This document shows, piece after piece, positions 48,848 to 60,900 of a DNA stretch of 64,000 bases. Below the pieces are notes generated by a model, which saw nothing but the letters and a program-made list of their open reading frames with translations, had not been told where the DNA came from and did no database searches. The first letter of the stretch is position 1, and each line of letters begins with the position of its first letter. This stretch comes from Mytilus trossulus (Eukaryota), in assembly GCF_036588685.1 (NCBI RefSeq), contig NC_086373.1, positions 73,780,001 to 73,844,000 of the forward strand, read 5' to 3'. A program made the position numbers and the translations under genes.

Positions 48848-48951
48848 CGGGACACTGCACGAGCGTTTAAGATTCCTATAGCAACCCGGCGTCACAATCT
48901 CGCATCTCGCGAGAAAACGTGAGAGTTGAAAAAAAAACAAATATGGCGCCG
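48848..48951. promoter_or_regulatory. Compact CpG-rich bidirectional promoter shared by SPMIP1-like and FBXL5
   Basis: Divergent ATGs at 48770 (-) and 48943 (+). X-box-like attcctatagcaac 48872-85; palindrome TCTCGCGAGA 48905-14; YY1-like aatatggcg over the FBXL5 ATG. Confidence 0.7.
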
Positions 48952-51900
48952 AATTGTCCTGAAGAAGTCGATGTTTTCACAATTCCTCATTCTCGAATGA
49001 AGGAATTGGTCAAAAAATATCTTAACATGGTACACACAAAATCCCAAATACTATCATTGTTTTTCTTAAAACCATTACTGCTGTCGTTTCAATAACTAAT
49101 GAACAGATCGAAAAACAACAAAAGTCACTACCACATTTCAGCAAAACTTGCACAGGCACTAAGTCTTGTTTCTATCCATTGGAAGACCCACTATCAACGT
49201 ATATTTACGAGAAGGTACCCAACTACTTTTTTCACCTGTCCGCTTAAAACGGATCTCCTGTAGTTGGTGATCGCAATACTGGTATACCAGTATTGTCCAC
49301 AATACTGGTATACAATTTTTGTACCAGTATTGTATTCCAGTATTGTACCAGTATTGTGCTTTTTTTTAAATAAACAGTATAGGTAATTAATCATTTATTA
49401 AAAGTGTCACATATATGCATAATGAAATTAGCATATATGACAAGACAATTTTATTAGGAACAATTGTCATGATTGTGTTTAACTGATAATGCCATTGATG
49501 GTACACTGTGATTGTCATCAAATAAAGTTTCAAATCATTCTGACTCAGCATTTTAACAAACTCTTTACTTTCTTCTATGTTTTCTTCCATTTCTCTCTTT
49601 CCAAGACTCAATATTATATTTTAGTGAATTTTATATTGACACTAATTCTGTAATAGCTTCTGTATAAAAAAAAACTATTATCATCATTGGTATTGTCTAT
49701 TTTTTCTTCTGATGTGATTTCTGCTATCCCTCCCCCTTCCTATATTGGCATTTAGGTATTCAGTCTCTGTGGACTTTCTCTAAAAGTATGTGACTTGACT
49801 TTAAATCAACACAGAAACATTATAAATATATGATAACGGATTTGTAATATAATTGTGTGTGGGTAGGATCTCACTGTGTAAATAGTCTCAGCACTGCAAC
49901 ATATTTGGTGGAGGCATCACTGTATATAAGAAAGATCACAAGTTATACATACTAGCGTATGGTTCCTCTACAAAGGGGGTTAAACATACAGAGGTAAGGT
50001 ACATGTAAGGTAAGGATTATAACCAGGTTCCCCTATACAGCAACTAATTTTATAATTGATATCTTTTGTTGTGAGAGATTAATAAGAAAATAAAGACAAC
50101 TGAAAGAAATGCACAATATGACCTTAGTACACAAAAAATTGATACATGTATTAAATATCTGTCTGTAATAATTTGCTTGAATTTATTAAATATTTACTCA
50201 GATAATTAATAAGCGTTTCTCCTATTTTATCTATATCATGTATATTGAATTAAATAAAGTAAAGAAATATGATAAATTATTAGCAATTGTTTAAATAATA
50301 ATGATGATATTAATTGAGTTTATTTCAATAATCCTTTGTTTATTTGTGCCAGTATATTAATGACTTTTAACAGGTTGTTAATTGATTTCACAATTATCCT
50401 CTATAATCTTTTTGAGTTCATTTAATCTCCCTTTGATCTTCAATATAGTCTAGTCAACAATACAACTACAATACTGGTATATCAGTAATGTACCAGTATT
50501 GCTGTTTTTTTAATAAAAAGTTACAATACTGGTACAAAATTTTTATACCAGTATTGTGGACAATACTAGTATACCAGTATTGCGATCACCAACTACAGGA
50601 GATCCCTTAAAACCCTTATATCTCTGTCAATTCAGTCTCAAATTTTTTGTTCAATACACCATTCGATTCATGAAAAGTTTATAAATATGGATCACGTTGA
50701 TAGTGGGTCTTCCAATGGATAGAAACAAGTGCATGTGAAAACTTGCTAAAGTCTATATTTAAAAAACTGCATGAACACAAGCTCTAGTGACCTTTCAAAT
50801 CAAAGGAATAACAAATTAATATATGCATACAAACGTCATGTTATGTAAACAATACGATTTTAAACATCCTTTTATAGCTGTCGAAATAAGCTGTATCAGG
50901 TCTGTTCGGGCCCAATATACTTTCACACCCTACACGTTCGCACCTCGCACGTTTGCACCCAAAGTCTGTTCGCACTCCACACGTTCGCGCCCAGTTTTAA
51001 TTCAAATTTCAGTTGAATAATTGAAAAATCAAGATTTTTGTTTTTAATTACTTTGGTGTAAATACTGAATGTAATTATAGCTGGGTATGAGTAAAAGATT
51101 GAAGATTTTAAATGAAAAACACAAAAGATAATTGTTTTAAACAGCTTGGTCCCTTTGATCTGAAACAATGAAACAATAAAATATAGCAATACACTATTAT
51201 AACCAGGGTTTCCCCTGGTTCAATTATTTTTTTCGCCACTTCTTTCGTCAAAACAATATATTTTTCGCCACTTTATTATTTTTTTCGCTAAGTAATACAA
51301 ATATATTTTTCTTTTAAGTTAAAGTATATGCTTGAAACACGTGTATCACTGAAACGACTTTGAAGTACCCACTCAAATCAATAATATATATGAAAGTTAA
51401 ATGATAAAGTTTTAAATCAGAGACCTTTCTTGCTTTTGAACATTTTTCATCATAACAGCAATTTTCTTTTCTGGACTATCATACAAAAGAAGGAGAGGAA
51501 GCGTAAAAAATTTGCTTTAAACACGTGCGTCGCAAAGTGGTTAAGAAACCTTTTTGTGACATATGACAGAAGCCATTTAACTATATCATTTTGTCATATC
51601 ATACAATCAACACCTTTATTAATTAGTCCTTTGATGTCGATAGCTATGAATGCAATCAGCCGCTTATTGATTTTCGGTCAAAATCTGAACGAGTTCAAGG
51701 TGAATTCCGAGTATTGTCTGATCGGTAAAGTCAGAGTTATATATTTCTTTCGCCAAATTCTTTCACCAATGACAAATTTTAATCGCCACAATTGTTATTT
51801 TTTCGCAAATTGCGAAAATGGCGACCGCCAGCGGAAACCCTGATTATAACCCAAATATGATCAAACATGTTAAAATTTATCCAACACACAAAAAAACGTA

Positions 51901-54900
51901 GTCAGAATCTCACTCAATTTGAAACAAGTCAATGAAACAAAGTTATATAGCAATACACTAACCAAAACATGATAAAGAGTTATTCAACACAAAATAAAAC
52001 GTTGACAGAATTCCTCTTTATTTAGAAAGGAATAAAAAAAAATAACAGTACACTATCCAAAACATAAGATTTATTCAACTCAATAAAAAATGCTGTCTCA
52101 CTTTATATTTTGAGACAACGAAAACAATTATAGGCCTACCTATAAAAATACTACTTGCCAAAACTTGATTACAAATTTATTAAACCCAAAACCAATTTTA
52201 ATTGGGTGCGAACAAGTAGGGTGCGAAAGTGAAAGGGGGCGAACATGAATGGGCGCGAACGGACCCGGATTCGAAATAAGCAGTATGGGCTTTGCTCATA
52301 CACACAGCCTTCCCCCAAGTATTGTGATGAGCGCCTCTTTAGAGTCGTTCAAAGTAGCCGTCTTAAACTACACCTACAGCCCGTAAATTCATCATGTGTA
52401 AATGTTTTATCTTAATATTTAAAAATAATAAATTAAAAAAATGCACTACCACTATGTAAAAATTTTTTGTTTTTTTGTTTACTATCACAAATTTGTTATA
52501 TTTCACTGTATACATTTGTATATATCTTCACAAAGCAATGCGCTGTACAAGTGACGTTAAACTTCAAATTGTTGAAGGTGGTCATTATATAGTAGAAGTA
52601 CATCTGACCTAGCTTATCCCTATTTGTCAACCATTACTGGATATCACACAGCCACAGGTTCCCGTAAAATTTTGACATCATAAAACAAAATATCTGACGC
52701 CACAATGGAAAAGTGATTGTTGTATTCATCAAAAGTTCAAGCAGCCGGGTCAGCCGGGATTAGCTGTTTATAAGTTGTATTGTTGAAGGCTGTATTGTGA
52801 TATATATAGTTGTTAATTTCTGTGTCACTTGGTATATTGTGGAGAGTTGTCTCATTGGCAATCATTCCAAATCTTCTTTTTTTACACTGTAGGGGGCATG
52901 AAGTTTTACCCTTGTCCATCTGTTCGTATGTACCAAAGTTGGTTTCCATACTCTAACTATAGTTTGTCTCAACCAAATGCTATGAAACTTATACACACTA
53001 CATATAACTATAAAACATAGATCTAGTTTGAATTTTGGTGGCACCACTTATCATTCTAGAAGTTATGCCCCTTTTAAAAGTGGAAAAATTGCTGAATTTT
53101 TAGTTTCTGTTCTCTAACTTTAGCTTGTCTAAACCAAATGCTATTCACTTACACACAATGCTGACTACCATAAAACTCAAATAAAGTTTTAATTTTGGTG
53201 TCGTCATTTAAACCATCCAAAAATAATGCCCCTTTTCAAATGCTGAATTTTTAGTTACAATGTACTGTTCTCTAATTTAGTCTGTCTAAACCAAATGGTA
53301 TGACGCTTTTAAATTACATTAAACTTATTACCACAAACACTAATCTAGTTTGAAGTTTGGTAGTGTCACTATAATAGGTCTAGAGTAATGCCCCTTAATA
53401 GATGGAAAAATATAGGTCTAGAGTTATGCCCCTTAATGGATGGAAAAATTGCTGAATTTTTAGTTTCTGTTCTAATTCCAACTTTCTTTTGCCTCAACCA
53501 AATGCTTTGAAACTTATACACAAGGCTTATTATCACTAAACATAGATCTAGTTTGATATTTAGTGGCGTCACTTTATTGGTTCTATAGTTTTTTTCGCTT
53601 TATATTAGCGCAGCTGGATATGACAGCAGAGGAACAACCATGAACAGTTGGGGCAAAATTGGTCATAATATTGGGGCTTGATACAGGCCTCAATTTGGAT
53701 TGTAATTTAATATTTGACACATAATAGGTTTCTGAAACAGAATACATGTAACTGTAGTTTTAACGATTAGAACTTTGAATTGGTCATATGATTTTAATTT
53801 ATATTCATTTTTTTGCTTTTTGGGCTGCTGGGTCTTTTGTGCAATACACTATGCTGTTTTGAATTAAACCGACCTCATAATCTCAATTCAAATTACCAAT
53901 GGAGTTTGCAACCAAAATTACCCATTATAATTTTGGTGGTGCCACTTGTTGTCATTCAAGCTAAGAGTGAGTAAAAATTATCCATGCCCTTTTGAAAGTT
54001 GAAGGAAATACTAGCTTATATTGTAAAGTTTCTTCATGTTCTTTCGTACTTTAAGTTGTCAGCAAGATTACATTTATAGAATCATTTAAAGAAGTATGTA
54101 ACCTTAGTCCTACTGACAATGGTCTCCTGACCTTGAGATGATTACTTTCAGACTGGACATTGTGTAAAAGATCAGATATAGTTAGTCAGTATAATGAATG
54201 ATATACATGTTAAGTTAACTTGTCAATCTAATAACTTTGGTTCAGTTATATTCACGGTTTATCATGTTAATGGAAGAATACATGTTGATTATAGTTAATA
54301 TTTTTCAGGTATCAGAGATCAATTTTGCAGACATTTCACATTTGACAAATCTGTTGGAAAACCTGGTGAATACATTTAAGGAATTTAAAGCACATGAACA
54401 AATTGAGAACAAATACATCATGAAGAAACTTAAAGACAAACTGAGAGCATTGTCAGTTAGGAATACTGCTGTTTGCAACTGTCATTCAGACAACCAATTA
54501 ACAGACATTTTAGAACTGGTGCAGGATGGGTACAAATGTACACAAAAGACAGAAACAGATCGTAAAAACTTTGGTACAAAGCTGAGGAAGGCATTGGAAG
54601 ACTTTACAGAGACATTTATTCCTCATATGGAAGAAGAAGAAGCGGTATAATTATTTAGATATTTTTTGTTGTATTCCTTTTCAACAAAACTAAATGAGAT
54701 ATGCCAATTACTTACATCATACCATACAAAGAGACTTTTTATATAAACAGTTAAGTTTACAATGTTACATAAGAACTGTTACTAATGAAAATAAGACCAG
54801 ATCTACCATTGTTTCCCTTCACTTAGAAATAAAAATAAGCCACTAAAGCCTTTTATGATAGTCTTGCTTTAAATAAATAAAACACTTTGTGACAGTACTC

Positions 54901-57900
54901 ATGATTTTGTGTTGTAGGTGTTTCAGCCAATGTTAATCAAGTATTTTACTACTGATGAACTACGCAGAATTAAATTCAAAGTTTTGGAAAAACACTTTTG
55001 TCAGAAGGATGATTGTGGAAAAGAGAAACTTCCAGAGAAAACAGATTTTGTACTAAGTAAGTATATTCATGGAATATGGTTGTTTCTATGAACAGCTTAG
55101 AAACATTAATGCAACACAATAAAAGAAATAACAACCTATTTGAAAAAAAAATTAACAAAATAGTTGCATTGTTTCAGAATCCATGAAAATCTGATTTTGT
55201 GATAAAGATTGCATGCAATCAAAACCTTTATGGGGCTAGCCTGACAGTTTTCAATCCTCTAGATTTTATCACTATATTTGATATATACAATACAGAGCAT
55301 TAAGCATAACATTCTATACATCCTACCTTTTTAAATTTATAGTAATTTATCAATGAAATATATCCTTACAAATTTAAGTTACAAAATAATGTATTTGTTT
55401 ATAACAATACTTGTCAAGAAAAATACATAAATTATGCATTGTGCATTAAGCTAGTATCTATAATGTATTTTGAAAACTTCGATGATGTCATTGTTAAAGT
55501 AACATTAAAAATTGGAGTTATGTCTCTATACATGATTGTAGAAGAAATACTCCCAATTCATAATAGGTATTGCCTCAAGAGATTTATGTATGCATTTTTA
55601 AAAAAATGAGGAAATCTAATTCAGCATGACATACTTTTTCAGTATGATGCCCAGTATTTTATAGGGTATGCTAAATAAGAAAGGTCTTACAATGTCTCCA
55701 AACTATTTCCAGGCGATTCATCAGATGAAGAATGCACAGAAAAACTTGAACCCACTAAGGAGGATGTTGTGCCTAGCGTCAACAGTTGTGTAGTAGATAA
55801 AGTACCTGATGAGGTGGCAATACAGATATTTTCTTACCTTAATCCACAGGACTTAGGCAGGTGTGCTCAAGTCTCACATCGCTGGAATAGACTTGCATTA
55901 GACACTAGTTTATGGAGAAACTTTTTACCTATACAGTGGTCCAAAGGTATAATGGGTTATAAAAAGAAATGTAATCATATGTTTTTTGATTGAGTTAAGT
56001 CTGCCAATTGATATTTTATCGTGTGTTTTTCTATGTTGTGATGTTATGCTATTGTTTCAGAAAAAGGGAGAAGGTTTGGATCCATTAAAACGTTTAATCC
56101 CGCTGCAAATGTTTGCACCTGTCCTAAGTCAGGAATCTAATGTACAGTAGTTGTCGTTTGTTTATGTAATATATACGTGTTTCTCGTTTCTTGTTTTGTT
56201 TATATATATTAGACCATTGGTTTTCCCGTTTGAATGGTTTTACACTAGTAATTTTGGGGCCCTTTATAGCTTGTTGTTCGGTGTGACCCAAGGCTCCGTG
56301 TTGAAGGCCGTACTTTAACCTATAATGGTTTACTTTTTAAATTGTTATTTGGATGGAGAGTTGTCTCATTGGCACTCACACCACATCTTCCTATATCTAT
56401 ATATGCTGAAGATATAATATAATACCAATATGAAATGATTATTATACCCCACACAAAGGGTATAATGTTTTTGACCCGTCCATCCATCAGTCAGTCCTGT
56501 TTCTTGTCATCGCATCTCCTCTCAAACCACACAACAGAATTTCACGAAACCTTTTAAGATAATAAGGACATACTATGTAGATGTGCATATCAACAGAAAA
56601 TTACGATTCAATTTTTTTCTTGGAGTTACACCTCTTTGAACTTATTTGCTCTAAGGTACTTCTTCAACAGTTTGTCAACTCAACTCTCGGAAACCGCAAC
56701 AGAATTTCATGAAATTTTGTAAATAATAAGCACATACTATGTAAATGTGCATATTGACAGGAAATTATTATTCAAATTTTTTTCTTATACAATTTTTTTT
56801 TCTTACACTTATTTAATTTCTCCAATGACAAGGTGGGGACATGGGGTATGTGAGCGTGCTCACCAAGGTTCTTTAATTATAACAGGTTCTAAAATACAAT
56901 TCCAATTCGAAATGTTTATTTATAATTTAATACTGTAAGGAATTCTGCATCTTTGTGATTATTCTTCTAAGTTTCATGAAAATTCCAGTTCTTTATACTA
57001 GGTAACTAATAATATGTTTGGAATTATGTGACATTTGATGAAATATAGGTCAATATGACTTACATGTCATGCTTATTTAACTTAAAGTTATATATATTAG
57101 GTCTTAGATTCTTTAATTCAACCTTCAATCATCAATCAGAAGTGATTTAATTGCTGTCACTTATATGGTTGAAAATTTATATTTGAAAATTCCTGTATGT
57201 GTTAGCAGTTACCATTATGTTTTTTACAAAAAAATATCTGCTACTTTTCATTTCTAAAGCATCTTTTAGCATCTGAAATTTAGTATAAAGTTTTCTATAT
57301 TTGAGATGTTGAATTACAACAAATATCAAATAAGACTAGTAAACTTACCCAGTATGTATTAATAAGATAGTATAATTTTTAGGAGTTTGGAGTTTTACTC
57401 CCATAGTAGATATTGAAGTAGAAGAAAAAAGTTTGTTAGAGAATAAATACGAATCTGTAGCCATATATTATGATGAAGATGCAGACATTGATGAATCTGA
57501 AGAAGATGATGATACTAAGAGGATAAAAAAGGTAAAAAAATATTATATTTCATTTGACCTTTGCTTAATGGTAAAACATTAGGGAATTAAAATGATGTGT
57601 GCTTGCATTGATCAAGTAAATGGCATTTGTAAATGATAAAATCCTAAAGAATTTAGACCTCATTCGAAACTTCACTGCAATTTATTTTTCACACGAGCCA
57701 TGTTACTTGTGCAAACCAATAGATTTAAATTGCTAATTAGTAAAATGGCATACATGAAACAACATTGATCTTTAATGATAAGTAGGTTTTACTATGTTTT
57801 ATGGCATTATAAAACTTGCCAGAATGATTATTTGTAGTTGAAAAAATTACATAATGTAAAAGAAATTGATGTACAATCATTGTTTCACACCAGTTTATAT

Positions 57901-60900
57901 TCATCTTTACTTTTTAATTCATTATATAAATTGTGATAAAACTTTTCATAAAAAGCCAATGTTACACCATTTTATTGTCTGACAGACAAATGCATGATGG
58001 ACATACACTTTTATTCTGTTTTTATTTAAGATAAAGATGGAAACCAGCATGTTGACAAGTTTGACGAAGTATCTGTTACCTAAAGTAGGATATGGTGTAA
58101 AAACAATCAATCTGGCTTTTAGTCAAGGCCTTGTTAATGGTTTGGTACGTATAATGATTAAATATATATAGAGTAACCATAAATTGTCTCGAAATATCAA
58201 TGTTATTTGTACAAGGCTTAGAAACAGGTAGAAAGCCAGGCTGTGCCAAGCATTTCTACCTGTTTCAAGCTGAGTACAAATAACATTAATATTTAATCTA
58301 AGAGTAGCATAGATAAAATAATCGAGACAATGTATGGTTATTCTTATTATGCTGCAACTCTTATAAATGTTCTAAATGAAGTATTTACGGTAAAAACCAT
58401 TATTTCTTAATTTTGAGCGGAAGACATGCAAATTTTTGGGACCCTGTGTTTTATTGACATCATGAATAAAACTCTACGGAAATGCATTGTCAATGTCATA
58501 AACAAGGTGATATACAGTCAGTGAGTGTATTACACATATGAAAATAGGGTCAATGCACTTGAACAGCTCAAATACACAGCTGCAGTATACATTAATATTA
58601 TTAATTGGTATATTTTAACAAATTTGATTCGTTAAGGGATAGTCACATGTTAAACTATATTTTGGAAGGTAGAGAGAAAACGGTGGAAAGCAAAATGCAT
58701 ATTGACCTGCAAAAAGCATATCGCACGGTTAGTTTTAGAATATCTAAAAACCGATATACTTTGTGAGATCATGTAATGAATTTCAGGATATTGTTTAACG
58801 TTCTGAAACACATGATATCTGTGATCGATTATTTGACGAAAAAAATCTTCGAATACATAAGATATAAAAAAAAAAGTAAATGAAATAACAACTAATATGT
58901 TGTTATTGACAAGGAGACAATGTAATATCTATAAAATTCCAACAAACCTAAATGACGATTTTGATACAAATATGGTCGGAAATTAATAATAAAACAAATA
59001 TAGCTTTTGTATGAGGTCAATACAGGATATATCGACCCAAAGAAGTATATCGACCTCGGACTTCGTCCTCAGTCAATATACTTCTTTCAGGTCAATATAT
59101 CCTGGTATCGACCTCATACAAAGGCTAAATTTGTATAGTATCGACCTCATACAAAGGCTATATTTGTATAATGTATAGTATAAGGGAGATAATTCTATTT
59201 TGCAGTTTGAAATTTACACATTTGGATATATTTACATATTACATTGAAGATAAGGATATTTTGAAATGTTGTCAATGCTTCTGAAACAGCAATGGTTGAA
59301 TAATCAGTGAATCACACAAAGTGTATCTACTTAAAGAAAAATGTCCCTTTGATTAAAATTAATTGTTGAAACCTCTCATATTCTGCATTATATTATGAGT
59401 CAATCATCTTATTTTAACATTATTATTTTTTCTAGTTGTATAAGATGCTGTCATTATGCCCATTAGTAGAGAACCTAGATTTAACTCATACTATGGTGTC
59501 AGATCTTGGATTTAAAAGGTTAGTGAAACATTAAATTCAAGCACTATTTGAATGAATTATAATATGTTGTACTGACTGAAAACATGTGAAAAATTTACAA
59601 AGATAACTTTGTACAAAAGCAATTTAAACCACTTGATGCTGATTTAGGATTTACTCTTTATCTTGATACTTGAAAAAGGACAAACCAACTTGGTGGATTT
59701 GTGTTAATATATGTCAATAAAGTGGTAATTCAATAGTTATGTTACCCACTAGGTCAAACCAAAGACTTAAAAATGATATATGTAGCTACACAGTCAAGAA
59801 TGCACATTTAGGAATAAAGAAACACTGTCTGCTTCAGACCAAAAACATTATATTGGTATCTAATCAGACCAAAAACAATATATATGTTGTTCCAGTTACC
59901 CAACAGACCCTGGTTTAACTTAGTTATAATAAATAAATACATGAACTATGCAAAAAGAATTATTACTCATTTTTATGAAATAAATAGCTGATGCAGATTC
60001 CAGTTATAAATTTGTGGACTATGGTTTTTGTTTTTCAGCCTTGGTCGAAATGGGTGTGGAAGTAATCTAAAAAGAATAGATTTAGCTGGCTGTAAGAATA
60101 TTACTGATGTGACTTTAGAAAGATTGTCCCAAGCATTACGTTCGAAACCTGAAATCAGACATGAAGACTGTGATGATAACAATCATGAAGAAAAAAATGA
60201 AATTGAACTGAATGAAAAGGGAGATAAATCTTCAAAAGATTCAGACTGTCATGTGACTTGTAGACAGAATATCAATGAACAAATAGTCGATGAAGACTGC
60301 AATATATCTTTCATGAATGACATTGAAGATCATTCTCCAAGGACTTCTGAAAGTTTGGGAAACCAGAAAGGCAGATCTGTTGACCTAACAGTGGCAGCAA
60401 CCCCAAAATTAAAGGTTGGCTATATAACAAAGGAATCTCCTAGATTGACTTTAAACACTGGGAATATTTCCTTGGTTAGACAAAGAACTAGTTTATGTTG
60501 TCCTAAGAATTGTTGTTTGGAATCTGCATCAGTAAAACATTTTGATCAGCTTTCTAAAAATGTGAACTTCAAACATCTGAACAACACAGATGAATGGACT
60601 AAAATCTGTGCTGTAAAACATGGACATGAATCTGAAATCATCTGTGATAAATTAGAATGTGGACTTGAATATCTCAGTTTATCTGGCTGTTCTCATATTA
60701 CAGATAAAGGGATAAGGTAGGTTTAGGAGACTGGTAGATGATCTATGTAAACTGCAGGAATTTAAATTTTGTTTTAGAAGTGTGGTGCAGAAAAGAAGAA
60801 AATTTAATGAGTACAGTGTAATTATTCATGACACGTTACCAATTCACACAGAAAAAAAACCTCAAAGCAAACAAACTATAATTCACTGAGTTTGTAACCA

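Noticed and set aside
48051-48922. Plus-strand ORFs overlapping SPMIP1-like
   Set aside because: Antisense shadows of the real CDS.
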